From a virus (Duplodnaviria > Heunggongvirae > Uroviricota > Caudoviricetes), in the IMG/VR virus record IMGVR_UViG_2512047041_000005, positions 1 to 51,583 of that record: a DNA stretch of 51,583 nucleotides, one strand, 5' to 3'. Shown in pieces: positions 18,321-27,892 of this stretch. The notes under the pieces are model-generated. The model saw nothing but the letters and a program-made list of their open reading frames with translations. It had not been told where the DNA came from and searched no databases. Every line of letters begins with the position of its first letter. Position 1 is the first letter of the stretch. The position numbers and the translations under genes are program-made.

Positions 18321-21271
18321 CAGCGGTACTCCTTACGTTGTTTCTGAGCCAGCAGACGCTCCAGCATTTTTTCCAGCTCATGCAGACTCATATTCAGGGC
18401 ACCAGTCAGTCCTGCAGGCGCTGTGGTTTCCCTGCCATTGAGGAAAAACTGAGGATTAAAGCTGACCTGGATACCACCAGACGTTCCACCGCCGGTTGCA
18501 GCTGCACCACGGCCTGAATATCCGGCAGCCAGGATTTCAGGCGAGGGGATACGGGGAACATCCGGTGTCATCTCATTTGCCAGACGTTGCCCTGGTAAAA
18601 TCGATGCCCGGGTGGAGAGCGGAATAGCGGGCATGGAAGACAAACTATTGATTACGGCTCCGATCGCATTTTTAGCAGACGACATAAACCCATTGATATC
18701 GGGCAACGGCATACTGAAGCGAACACCTGAAGTGTTATCTCGTATTTCTGGCCCCTGAATGCTCACGGGCATTCTGGGGAGCAGTTCACTGGCCATTCGC
18801 TGCCCGGCCAGAGCTGCAAGCGGAGTGGTCCGCTGCAGGCCAATGGCGGCCCCCTGCGCGATATTGTCACCAAAGCCCATAAACACGCGGCTCGGCGAAT
18901 GAATGCCCAGCTTTTCGCTGAACCAGCCACTGATGCTGTCACCCATTCCGGTTACACTGGATTTGAGCGACTCCCATTTGTTTTTGATACCGTTAATCAG
19001 ACCATCGACAAGATGGCCACCGAAGTCGGTAAACTTTGCCGGCAGATCAACACCAAGATATTTCAGCGCAACTGCAAAGGCTTTATAGAGCAGACCTGCC
19101 GGCGACCAGTTAATCAGCAGCTTACCAGTTCCCGCGATACCGCCGTTAAAGGCTTCCTGAATGTCAGCCCAGCACTGTTTAAACCAGCTACTGATGCTGT
19201 CACCCATTCCGGTTACACTGGATTTGAGCGACCCCCATTTGTTTTTGATACCGTTAATCAGACCGTCGATAAGATGGCCACCGAAGTCGGTGAACTTTGC
19301 CGGCAGAGCAACGCCGAAATATTTCAGCGCAGCCGCAAAGGCTTTATAGAGCAGGCCTGCCGGCGACCAGTTAATCAGCAACTTACCAATTCCCACAATG
19401 CCGCCGTTAAAGGCTTCCTGAATGTCTGCCCAGCGCTGTTTAAACCAGCCACTGACTGCCCCCCAGTTGCGGTAGATAAGGTAAGCTGCTGCCGCGACAG
19501 CGGTGATAACGAGACCGATGGGATTCATCATCAGCGCACGTCCAATCCAGAGAACAGCACGTCCGGCGAGCATAATTCCGCGAACCAGCCCCCCGGAGAG
19601 CACGCCACTCAGTGTTCTGGCTCCTCTGGCGACGGCGCTAAATCCGGTCACCAGCCAGCGGAGCTTACCGCCTTGCCCCAGTGCGAGCGACAGACGAAGC
19701 CAGTTGGCCCGAAGTAAAACAGCATTTTTCCAGACACTTACAAAGGGGGAAATAAGGAGATTCAGCCCCAGTTTGAGACCAACAGTCGCTATCTTAATCG
19801 CAAGGAGCGCACTGATGAGCTTAAAAGCCCCACTGACAAATTGCGGGTGAGTCGCTACCCAGTGTTTTGCCCCCTGAATGAGTGGAAGCAGTTCCTGAGT
19901 CAAAGAAATAAAAGATGGAGCTAATTGATCGCCCAGCGTAATTGCCAGATCGCGACTGCTGACCATAAGTGTTTTAGTGGCTTCAAGGGGAGATTTCAGC
20001 CGCTGATCATAAGCACTGGCAAGCAAATCGTTATCCGCAGCCCTGAGAGCACCGGCACGGATCTCTCGATATCTGTCCATGTTGGCCAGCATCGGGCGGA
20101 TAAATGCCATGACCTGCATATCCGCGAACATATCGCCCAGACCAAAGTTTTTCGCCAGAGCCTGAAGTGCCTCATCTCTTGCCGTATCATTCTTTATTTT
20201 CATGGCTGATTTGAAGCCGGCCAGCGCTTCGGGGCTTTTGGCATTGAGGTAACGTTCTATAACACTCAACATCCCTTCAATCGGAGAGATCCCCGCAGCT
20301 TTATAACTCGCAATAGATCCCTGCAAATCAATACCCAGATCAGCAAACTGTTTCTGAGTATCGCGGGCAAAAATTTTGGTAAGAAAGTTTTTAAAATTAT
20401 TGGCTGCTTCGTCGGTGGAACCTGCACCGATTTTTGCTATCTGGAGACTGGCCCCGATTTCAGCAACAGCCTCTTTTCCACTGGCAATACCCGCCATCAT
20501 TGGGGCCAGGGACTGCATCCACTTGACCTGATCCGGGATTTCAAATGACCCCTGGTCACCGGCATAAGCCATAATATTCTGAACGGCACCAAAATCTCTG
20601 GCCGCACCTTTCAGGGAGTTTTGCCAGACTGCGGCCACTTTTGCCCAGTCCTGAGCAGACGTGCGTGTTGCCGTTGCCGCGCGGGCAATATCCGGCATCA
20701 GAAAACCGATATCTGACACATTATCAATATTGTCGCTGATGAGTGAACCCACCGCCTCCTGCAGCTCATCCTGATACTGATTGTATTTAAGCGCCCAGCC
20801 TTTTATCTGTCCGGCAAGTGCATCCCGCGTTTTATTGTCATATTTTGCGGTGATCGACATATCAATCATTTTGTCCTGAAAAAACATGGACTGCTGAACG
20901 GCAGGGGAAACCGTATGATAAACAGTCTGAGCCATGCCATACGCTTCAATCCCCTGACCATACAGCGCCATGCGGTTAGCTTTCAGCGCATCACTGGTAG
21001 CGGATGCCGCTGACAGACGGCGCTGCTGGCGCTCAATTTGCTCCATGGTGCGGCTTACCCGCAGCAGCTCGCTGTTGAGATGCTGCATCCGGGAAGAACC
21101 CAGTTGACCATAACGTTCTGTTGCACGGGTTAAAGCGTTCTGACGTTCCTGCAGGCGGCGTGAGGTATCGCTCAGGGAATCAAGCGCACGGCGGGTACCG
21201 CTCATTGCAGAACGGAATGTGCTGCCAATCATCCCGCCGATAACAACGCCGACTGAAAACTGTCCCGACAT
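18320..21271 (-). CDS. Tail tape measure protein
   Basis: 983 aa, helical and Gly/Ala-rich; internal 87-aa tandem duplication. Confidence 0.85.
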   Translation of the reverse strand: MSGQFSVGVVIGGMIGSTFRSAMSGTRRALDSLSDTSRRLQERQNALTRATERYGQLGSSRMQHLNSELLRVSRTMEQIERQQRRLSAASATSDALKANRMALYGQGIEAYGMAQTVYHTVSPAVQQSMFFQDKMIDMSITAKYDNKTRDALAGQIKGWALKYNQYQDELQEAVGSLISDNIDNVSDIGFLMPDIARAATATRTSAQDWAKVAAVWQNSLKGAARDFGAVQNIMAYAGDQGSFEIPDQVKWMQSLAPMMAGIASGKEAVAEIGASLQIAKIGAGSTDEAANNFKNFLTKIFARDTQKQFADLGIDLQGSIASYKAAGISPIEGMLSVIERYLNAKSPEALAGFKSAMKIKNDTARDEALQALAKNFGLGDMFADMQVMAFIRPMLANMDRYREIRAGALRAADNDLLASAYDQRLKSPLEATKTLMVSSRDLAITLGDQLAPSFISLTQELLPLIQGAKHWVATHPQFVSGAFKLISALLAIKIATVGLKLGLNLLISPFVSVWKNAVLLRANWLRLSLALGQGGKLRWLVTGFSAVARGARTLSGVLSGGLVRGIMLAGRAVLWIGRALMMNPIGLVITAVAAAAYLIYRNWGAVSGWFKQRWADIQEAFNGGIVGIGKLLINWSPAGLLYKAFAAALKYFGVALPAKFTDFGGHLIDGLINGIKNKWGSLKSSVTGMGDSISSWFKQCWADIQEAFNGGIAGTGKLLINWSPAGLLYKAFAVALKYLGVDLPAKFTDFGGHLVDGLINGIKNKWESLKSSVTGMGDSISGWFSEKLGIHSPSRVFMGFGDNIAQGAAIGLQRTTPLAALAGQRMASELLPRMPVSIQGPEIRDNTSGVRFSMPLPDINGFMSSAKNAIGAVINSLSSMPAIPLSTRASILPGQRLANEMTPDVPRIPSPEILAAGYSGRGAAATGGGTSGGIQVSFNPQFFLNGRETTAPAGLTGALNMSLHELEKMLERLLAQKQRKEYR
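18890..19450. repeat. 261-bp tandem repeat (about 2.2 copies) inside the tape measure gene
   Basis: ctgatgctgtcacccattccggttacactggatttgagcga recurs with 261-bp period; in-frame 87-aa protein repeat. Confidence 0.8.
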
Positions 21272-21346
21272 AGTGGTTAACCTCCGGGGAAGGTGAAAAG
21301 ACGTGAGGGGATAACGCAGAACAGCCGCTACTGGCGGCTGTCTGTA

Positions 21347-21604
21347 CTATGATTTGTCGCCGTACTCGCTTTTGATTTGCTCTTCAGCCTGCTCCAGCCA
21401 CATCTCCAGATCGTCAGTATCGAGGGCATCAATCTCCCCCGGCTGAAACCGGAACCATCTCGCCAGCAGCCCCTGCGCCTGCGTCAGCGCCCTGGTTGCT
21501 CTCACCCATCCCCGTGATGAGCTGAAATCGTTTCTGTAACTGCAGGTAATCAGCCAGATCCATATTGTCGAGATCTTCCGGGAGAAGACCAGTACTGCGG
21601 GCAA
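21347..21604 (-). CDS. Chaperone frameshift extension (E'-like), +1/-2 frame
   Basis: Open in the +1 frame relative to the chaperone and extends past its stop; acidic helical tail ...DTDDLEMWLEQAEEQIKSEYGDKS. Confidence 0.5.
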   Translation of the reverse strand: MPAVLVFSRKISTIWIWLITCSYRNDFSSSRGWVRATRALTQAQGLLARWFRFQPGEIDALDTDDLEMWLEQAEEQIKSEYGDKS

Positions 21605-21764
21605 TCAGCGGTTCGTCCCAGTCTGCCGGGTTTTTGCTGATTTTGCGCACCTGCTTCAGGTCTTTTACCGTCAGGCGTTTCAGTTCAACCAGCTCAATTC
21701 TGGTACCTGCAGCAGTGGTGAAGGGATAAGACAATTTAAAAGTATCGGATGGGGTCTGTGACAT
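21429..21764 (-). CDS. Tail assembly chaperone (E/G-like)
   Basis: 111 aa directly upstream of the tape measure gene with an overlapping extension ORF. Confidence 0.7.
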   Translation of the reverse strand: MSQTPSDTFKLSYPFTTAAGTRIELVELKRLTVKDLKQVRKISKNPADWDEPLIARSTGLLPEDLDNMDLADYLQLQKRFQLITGMGESNQGADAGAGAAGEMVPVSAGGD

Positions 21765-21840
21765 GATTGTGCTCCTGTGTAAGTTCAGGGCAGTATGTCG
21801 GGAGAAGCGCGTGACGGATATTAAAGGAGATTAAGAAGAA

Positions 21841-21854
21841 GGGGCCGGAGCCCC
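21841..21854 (-). terminator. GC-rich hairpin GGGGCCGGAGCCCC between tube-proximal ORF and chaperone
   Basis: Perfect 5-bp stem with 4-nt loop followed on the minus strand by a T-rich tract. Confidence 0.3.
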
Positions 21855-21960
21855 TGTGATGTCAGCAAGTGCGAAACCCCTTGCAGTTACGCAGGAAAGC
21901 GATGAGAAGCGTCTTTCCCTCAGATTTGTCGGTGCCGGAGAACCAGTGGTCGGGAGGCTC

Positions 21961-22143
21961 CTATGCTTCAATCAAATCCTCCAGTTTGCGGGCCTTTGAA
22001 CGTGTGCAGTCAATCGGGTCATTGGTTTTACGGGTATTAAAAAGGGTTTCCACCCCCGGAATATCAAGGAGGGTAAACCACGTACCATTTGACATGCCCA
22101 GTGCCGCACATCGTCCTCCTTTATCCGTCAGTTCAACACTCAC
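21961..22143 (-). CDS. Small hypothetical protein
   Basis: 60-aa ORF starting 3 nt after the tube gene stop. Confidence 0.3.
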   Translation of the reverse strand: MSVELTDKGGRCAALGMSNGTWFTLLDIPGVETLFNTRKTNDPIDCTRSKARKLEDLIEA

Positions 22144-22145
22144 CG

Positions 22146-22667
22146 TCAGCCCCCGATATTGATACGGTAGTCAGTCAGTTGATCAACACCTCCGACCCGG
22201 AAGATGTTGGCCAGATAGTCCAGTTGCAGCAGCTCTTCACCATCCAGTACCTGTCTGATATACGTGCAGGTGAAGCTACTGGAGAACTCGGCGTTCTCGT
22301 GCTGTTTGAACGTCCCCAGCGGGTTCTTCTTGAACATAATCGTCAGGAAGGTGACCAGCGGGATTTCGTCAATCAGCCCCTGCGAGCTGTAGCGCTGGAC
22401 GCTGGAACGACACTGCAGTGCCAGCGACCTGTACGGGTTCGCGGCAGACAGCATCGCATCGCGGTAAAAGCTGTTCCATTTGATTTCGCCTTCCAGTTTG
22501 TCAAAACCAGCCGGGAGTTCCACCTTACCCACCATCCCCAGCGCCTTGTGTTCCTGCATAATCATGGAGACATCGGGGAGTTTAACTTCCTCAGCCCGTC
22601 CCAGCAGGTTAGTACCATCCAGATAGATGTTGGCATTCGTGATGCGGTTTATCTCAATCTTTGACAT
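22146..22667 (-). CDS. Tail tube protein
   Basis: 173 aa immediately downstream of the sheath gene. Confidence 0.8.
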   Translation of the reverse strand: MSKIEINRITNANIYLDGTNLLGRAEEVKLPDVSMIMQEHKALGMVGKVELPAGFDKLEGEIKWNSFYRDAMLSAANPYRSLALQCRSSVQRYSSQGLIDEIPLVTFLTIMFKKNPLGTFKQHENAEFSSSFTCTYIRQVLDGEELLQLDYLANIFRVGGVDQLTDYRINIGG

Positions 22668-24094
22668 CAGTTGCCCCCTTTCAGGGTTAACAGGTATTCC
22701 GAGGTGATCTCAGTCTCAAACGTCAGTCGCTCCAGCGGCGGTGGTGGCGTATATTTGTAGCTCAGCAACAGGTGCCCGGCGGCCAGCTCCGTCTCCGGAT
22801 TGCGGGCCGGATCAAACCAGCAACGGAAGCCCAGTACCGCACCATCACCAGTCATTTTGCGACCGTAGGCGTTGACCGACTCCGTCAGTGCATCAATCAG
22901 CGCCTGAGTAATCGGCATGTCGATGTACTGCTGGCTGAAATAACGAATGGACTCGTTGATCACATCACCGGTGCGGCGAACGTTCTCAAAGTTACGCATA
23001 TGGGTGACCGTTGGCCATGCTGCCGTCCGGTTACCCCACAGACGAAGGCCGCTGCCGTAACTGCTGAATACCGTGGTGATCCCCTGTTCGTTAAGCAGGT
23101 TCACCTCACTCTGCGGGTCATCAATCATCGCGGACAGCTGGCGCTCCACGCCGGTGATCCCCAGAATCTCCTGATTGGAGGATGACCACCAGTAGCCCTT
23201 GTCCAGATCGACTCTGGCACGCAGACCTGCTGCACGCTGGCTGAGCGGCTCCAGACGCTCTGTGTTTGTCACCGGGTCATATACCTTCACATGCGGATAG
23301 CACAGACGGACGCGGTCGGAGCTGGTATTGAAGTTGATGGTGCCTTCCGGGCCACGACCTGCCAGAGCCTGTGCAAAGGTGGTACCGACAGGCGCATCAA
23401 TGTAGGTTACCGCGCCCAGCTTCTCTGCCATGGCGATAAGCTCAACTGCGACACTCTTCTGGGTGCAGAACACCGGCGCAATCAGAATTTTGGCGAAATA
23501 GCCGTACAGGTTGAAGCTGTCGTTAAGCAGCTTCATGCCGGTTCGGTTTCCGGCGCTGTTCACCCCGCCGATGATGTCCGCCGCAGTCACCTTCGACGGG
23601 TCCGCGTACTCATAGCTCACCTTCACGCTGCCACCGGCCTCAATAGCCTTGCCCAGGTTCGTGAGCACACCCGCCTGCGCATCAACACGGTAGTCCGTGT
23701 TCGCCGTGTGGGTGGTGCTGCCTTCACTGTTTTTCACCACCACATTAGCGACAACCGGATGCGCCAGTCTGGCCTGCCCTGTCGATTTGTCAAAGGTAAC
23801 CACCTCATCCTCGATCGCCGTTTTATGTTTCGCCGGGTCGAGGACGTTAATGACCAGAACGGTACCTGCACCATGGTCATAAATCGCATCCAGCGCCTGC
23901 GGAATGGTAAAGCCGGTGAACTGGCTGCCAAATGCCGCTGCGTCTTTCTCAGACAGGCACTGTACCAGCGTATTGACATCCCCCATCGGGGCGGTACCAA
24001 TCAGGCCAATAACGGCAGATTTCACCGTTTTAACCGGGCGGGCACCGTTTTCCACCTCAATGGTTTCGGGACCATGCAGATAGTTAGCTGCCAT
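22667..24094 (-). CDS. Contractile tail sheath protein
   Basis: 475 aa, Mu L / P2 FI-like. Confidence 0.85.
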   Translation of the reverse strand: MAANYLHGPETIEVENGARPVKTVKSAVIGLIGTAPMGDVNTLVQCLSEKDAAAFGSQFTGFTIPQALDAIYDHGAGTVLVINVLDPAKHKTAIEDEVVTFDKSTGQARLAHPVVANVVVKNSEGSTTHTANTDYRVDAQAGVLTNLGKAIEAGGSVKVSYEYADPSKVTAADIIGGVNSAGNRTGMKLLNDSFNLYGYFAKILIAPVFCTQKSVAVELIAMAEKLGAVTYIDAPVGTTFAQALAGRGPEGTINFNTSSDRVRLCYPHVKVYDPVTNTERLEPLSQRAAGLRARVDLDKGYWWSSSNQEILGITGVERQLSAMIDDPQSEVNLLNEQGITTVFSSYGSGLRLWGNRTAAWPTVTHMRNFENVRRTGDVINESIRYFSQQYIDMPITQALIDALTESVNAYGRKMTGDGAVLGFRCWFDPARNPETELAAGHLLLSYKYTPPPPLERLTFETEITSEYLLTLKGGN

Positions 24095-24335
24095 GGGTGT
24101 CCTCCGTTTTCACTTCGCTGTCACTGCTGCTTCTGCGCTTTGGTGACTGCACAGCCGGTGTGCCGGCGGGTTTAGTCTCTTCAGGTACCGGCGTCAGATG
24201 TTTCAGCGCCACCAGTACCTTCACGTAGTCATGCTCCTCCGGCAGGGAAACCGTCTTCCCCGGCCAGAGCAGGATTTCGGTTCCGTCCGACAGCGTGACG
24301 CCGCTGGCCGGGCCGGAATAGCGGTATTCTTTCAT
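24084..24335 (-). CDS. Hypothetical Mu-like structural protein
   Basis: 83 aa from ATG; position between the gp37-like and sheath genes. Confidence 0.45.
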   Translation of the reverse strand: MKEYRYSGPASGVTLSDGTEILLWPGKTVSLPEEHDYVKVLVALKHLTPVPEETKPAGTPAVQSPKRRSSSDSEVKTEDTHGS

Positions 24336-24799
24336 CACTCGCTTTCCTCATAGTTCACTTCGGTTAACAGCGGGCCGGACGGTAAATCGCTGTCTTCGAT
24401 AAAGACGCTTTCAGTCGCGAAGTCGAGGGCGTACTGCCACAGCCCCCTGACTTCACCGATAAACACCTCGCGGGTCAGCCAGATACGGCGGCGGCAGCCG
24501 GGCGGGGTGTGGCCACCGAGAATGCGGCGGACAGCATCCAGGACATTAATCGCCCCTTTTTTACCGTTGAGCTGGCGGAAGACCACCGTGACGCAGAGCT
24601 GGATAGTCTGAGACTGGATCACTGCACCGGTATCATCCGGCCTGTCAAAGCGCGAACCGGCATAGCTCAACAGCAACGCGCCAACCGGATGGTTCAGGCG
24701 ATATTCAGCCGGTTTCTCCGGGAAGTACTCCACCTGCAGTTGCGGCAGCTTCTCGCGTAACCGGGCCAGTACCGCATCAAGGACGGGCAGAACGTTCAT
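24335..24799 (-). CDS. Mu gp37-like head-tail connector region protein
   Basis: 154 aa, conserved position. Confidence 0.55.
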   Translation of the reverse strand: MNVLPVLDAVLARLREKLPQLQVEYFPEKPAEYRLNHPVGALLLSYAGSRFDRPDDTGAVIQSQTIQLCVTVVFRQLNGKKGAINVLDAVRRILGGHTPPGCRRRIWLTREVFIGEVRGLWQYALDFATESVFIEDSDLPSGPLLTEVNYEESE

Positions 24800-25245
24800 C
24801 AGTATTTCTCCAGTAAACCGTCACGACCGCCGAAAGTAGCCGGGCGACTGCGTACACGAAACTCGCTAGGCTCAGGCACATCTTTCTGAGTGGACGGCAG
24901 CCCCAGCGTGAGCCTGTTATCACGTAACTCCCTGAGTTGCCGCAGCGCTTCTTTGTGGTCATCCTTCACCGTATCCGGGAGGTCACCTTCCGGGCGGCGG
25001 GCGTAGAGCCGGTAACGGACCAGCGTGATGGCAATGTCCCGCAGAACAGTCGGTATCTCTGCCAGTGGCAGGATATAGCGTCCGCGCAGATGGGCATCAA
25101 TCAGCTCGTCGGCATAGCGGATACAGCTGTCCACCACACGGGTATTCACTGTTGCAGGTGAGTCGAAGTCCATCTCTTCACTGGTGAGCTCGATAAGCGT
25201 CCGCTCCGGCACCTGCGCAAGCAAATCCTCCAGGGTGCAGTACAT
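24799..25245 (-). CDS. Mu gp36-like protein
   Basis: 148 aa from internal ATG (MYCTLEDLLAQVPERTLIEL...); stop overlaps next start. Confidence 0.55.
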   Translation of the reverse strand: MYCTLEDLLAQVPERTLIELTSEEMDFDSPATVNTRVVDSCIRYADELIDAHLRGRYILPLAEIPTVLRDIAITLVRYRLYARRPEGDLPDTVKDDHKEALRQLRELRDNRLTLGLPSTQKDVPEPSEFRVRSRPATFGGRDGLLEKY

Positions 25246-25246
25246 G

Positions 25247-25585
25247 TCACACCCCGCGCAGGATACGAATGACGTCGCCTTCACCCCCGGCTTCATCAAG
25301 TGCAATACCACAGGATTTACCGTCGCCGGACTGCGGCACGGCTCTGGCCTGAGCATCTGACTGAACAGCCACACCACGGCTGACAGCGGCCCCGGCCTCG
25401 ACAGCAATAATGCCCAGAACGCTCACCGGCGTGCTGTCGCCGGTAACAGCATCCACTTCGGCAACCCCGAGCGCTGCGGCACCGGCTTTACAGGGGGTAT
25501 TATCTGCCCCGACAAAACGCTGCTGTGCCAGTGCTGCCCCTGCCGTTACGGTTGTGATCAGAATGACCTGCTGAGTGGTTCCCAT
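25247..25585 (-). CDS. Small capsid-associated protein
   Basis: 112 aa Ala/Gly/Val-rich ORF directly downstream of the major capsid gene. Confidence 0.5.
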   Translation of the reverse strand: MGTTQQVILITTVTAGAALAQQRFVGADNTPCKAGAAALGVAEVDAVTGDSTPVSVLGIIAVEAGAAVSRGVAVQSDAQARAVPQSGDGKSCGIALDEAGGEGDVIRILRGV

Positions 25586-25594
25586 AACGCCTCC

Positions 25595-26548
25595 TTATTT
25601 ACTGATACCGGTAATGAGATACCCGGCATCGCCACCAACCACGGCGACTTTGTAGATATCGGTATAACGGCAGTACTTCACCTTGCCACCGGCTCCGTCG
25701 TATTTGTCGGCAACAGGCATCCCCTTACGACGCAGGGTGTAGCCGAAGGACGGCTCGTTCTCGTCCGCGCTGTCCGCCCCCGGCTGCGGTTTGCCGACAT
25801 AGTGCAGCATCAGATTGTCTCCCCAGATATCCGCCGGCACGCTGTTCTTATCCATTGCCGCTTTCATGGACGGCAGGGAGACTGGGGCACCGATGACGAT
25901 CTCTTCGATCTGAAAGAGGTCCTGCAGGATTTCTGTGGTGATGCGCTTGCGTTCGTTGGCTCCGATGGCGGCCTGAATCGCCGGGTGGAACTTCAGCAGC
26001 GCCATCACGCCGGCCCCCATGGTCATCAGGTTAGGACGCAGCCCCGTGGCCGTACGGACCGCTTCCATACCGGCTTCAATCACCCCGATGGGGTCCCCCT
26101 TACCACCGGCCCAGCGATCACTGGCTGTCAGTTTTTTGACGTGCCCGGTACGGTAGACCTTTTCATCCTGAGCCAGACGGGCAGCGATAAGTTCACGGCG
26201 CAGGTTCACGCCATTCGTGGCGCGACGGATGGCCTTGCTCTCTTCGTTAAACATGGACTCCGCCTGCTCGCGATAGTCCACCGGCGCAGCCAGATCGTGT
26301 TCACCCAGCACCAGGTCCAGCGTGCCTGTTTTTTCACGGACCAGAACATTGCTGTCCGCCCCGACGGCACGCTCGGTGTCATATTCCACAAAGGCGGTTT
26401 TCCCGAAGGTCGGTACACGCACGCCTTCCTTGTCCGTCAGCACGACGGGGAAAATACGTTCGCCGATGAATGCGGCATTTTTATAGCCACGGGCGATACT
26501 GGTCAGTACCGGATCAACGACACGTTTACCTTTTAAGTAATCAGACAT
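25595..26548 (-). CDS. Major capsid protein (Mu T-like)
   Basis: 317 aa downstream of the protease/scaffold gene. Confidence 0.8.
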   Translation of the reverse strand: MSDYLKGKRVVDPVLTSIARGYKNAAFIGERIFPVVLTDKEGVRVPTFGKTAFVEYDTERAVGADSNVLVREKTGTLDLVLGEHDLAAPVDYREQAESMFNEESKAIRRATNGVNLRRELIAARLAQDEKVYRTGHVKKLTASDRWAGGKGDPIGVIEAGMEAVRTATGLRPNLMTMGAGVMALLKFHPAIQAAIGANERKRITTEILQDLFQIEEIVIGAPVSLPSMKAAMDKNSVPADIWGDNLMLHYVGKPQPGADSADENEPSFGYTLRRKGMPVADKYDGAGGKVKYCRYTDIYKVAVVGGDAGYLITGISK

Positions 26549-26562
26549 GCTCTCTCCTTAAA

Positions 26563-27678
26563 TTACAGGCAGCGTGCGACAGCAGCCTCATAGCTGATGC
26601 CTTCTTTTTTGGACAGGGCCACTGCTTTCTGATGCAGGGCCAGACGCTCAGGATCGGCTTCCGCAAACTCTGCCACATCCACCTTCACCGTGTCGCCGAC
26701 ACGCTCTTTTGTGGCCTGTTCGGCGAAATTCATCACCGGCTCCCCGTCGGAGAGCAATGAACGAAAGGCGGTGGCCAGCGGTGTGCGGCTTTCCCCCTCA
26801 GCAAACTCCACCGGCTTGTCGCCACCGGCGACGGCATCCAGCAGGGCAACCACCACGGAGGAGGCGCGGGGAGCCAGACGGCCCTCTGCGACCAGTTTTT
26901 CTGCAAAGGCCACATTGTCCTTATGCAGTTGCTCCTGTCTGACCTGTGCATCACGCGCATCGCGATCAGCAGCCTGCTGCTTCAGGCGGCGGTTCTCCTC
27001 CTGAAGGGCTTCAATCTCTTCTTTTGTCATCGATGATTCCTCGTTACTTGCGGAAGACGGCCCTGGGCCTGTCTCACTGAATTGTGCACCTGCTGCATCC
27101 TGCGACAGTGTGTCGCGGTACGCCTCTTCGCGCAGACTGTTGAGCTGCCATTCCGGCAGGACTTTTTCTGCCTCGTCCAGACTGAAGCGGGCGATCAGAA
27201 AATCGCGCAGCTTTCCCCACAGGGAGGCATTCGTGATGGCCTGCCAGTCGGCGAACTCCACCACACCTTCTTCCTGCTCACTGAAGGACACCTGTTTCAG
27301 CCCCTTGATGGAAGGTGGCTGTGCCCCGAGAAAGCCCACATGGCGAAGGTAGAGCACGCCGGGCTTCGGATTGGACGGTGAATCCGGGAGGTAGAAAGAG
27401 GCGGACACTTTTTTGAATCGTCCGTCGGTGACCATCTCAGCAAACTGCGGGTCCAGCTGGGCAGGCTCTGCCATCAGATCGACGCCGCTGAGCGACAGGG
27501 CTTTCACCCAGCCCCACGCCGGGTCTTCCGTTCTGGGATGACCAATCACGAGTGGTGCTTCATGGACGGACGGGTCATAGGCTTTCACGCAGGCGGCAAG
27601 ATCGTCTGGCGTGAACGGCAGTTTTTTGCCGTGCATATCGGTATGAGTACCGGCTTTAAAAATGTGAATGGCTGACAT
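26563..27678 (-). CDS. Head protease/scaffold protein (Mu I-like)
   Basis: 371 aa with N-terminal protease-like domain and coiled-coil, Ala/Glu-rich C-terminal half. Confidence 0.75.
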   Translation of the reverse strand: MSAIHIFKAGTHTDMHGKKLPFTPDDLAACVKAYDPSVHEAPLVIGHPRTEDPAWGWVKALSLSGVDLMAEPAQLDPQFAEMVTDGRFKKVSASFYLPDSPSNPKPGVLYLRHVGFLGAQPPSIKGLKQVSFSEQEEGVVEFADWQAITNASLWGKLRDFLIARFSLDEAEKVLPEWQLNSLREEAYRDTLSQDAAGAQFSETGPGPSSASNEESSMTKEEIEALQEENRRLKQQAADRDARDAQVRQEQLHKDNVAFAEKLVAEGRLAPRASSVVVALLDAVAGGDKPVEFAEGESRTPLATAFRSLLSDGEPVMNFAEQATKERVGDTVKVDVAEFAEADPERLALHQKAVALSKKEGISYEAAVARCL

Positions 27679-27814
27679 TTTGCTGTCCCGCGTTATGTTG
27701 TCGGAGACAGTTTGTGAGAAATGCAGGCCCGGCGATTTTAATCTGCTTTAGAAAACATCAGGGGAGAAGGACAGGGAAAGCAATGCGGTGAACCGGAGGC
27801 GGTTATAAAACAGA

Positions 27815-27850
27815 GGCTGTAAAGCCTTTATAAAGGTAATACAGCCCCTC
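27815..27850 (-). terminator. Nested palindrome GCTGTA-tta-CCTTTATAAAGG-ctt-TACAGC
   Basis: Long hairpin followed on the minus strand by CTCTGTTTT, in the 215-bp gap between the G-like and I-like genes. Confidence 0.35.
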
Positions 27851-27892
27851 ATTCTCTGGCAATGATAAATCACCCGCCTGAAGAGAGAAAAC

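Noticed and set aside
18890-19450. Possible CRISPR array suggested by tandem repeats in the tape measure and stf genes
   Set aside because: Repeats are long (168-261 bp), in frame within coding sequence and directly abutting without spacers; no cas genes.
18899-19850. Plus-strand ORFs (272, 61, 62, 115 aa) inside the tape measure gene
   Set aside because: Antisense shadows of the minus-strand tape measure gene and its 261-bp repeats; low-complexity translations with no independent start context.
27679-27892. Gap between G-like and protease-like genes, where Pseudomonas Mu-like phages carry anti-CRISPR genes
   Set aside because: No ORF of plausible size with a start and ribosome-binding site; the gap holds a palindrome and likely promoter instead.
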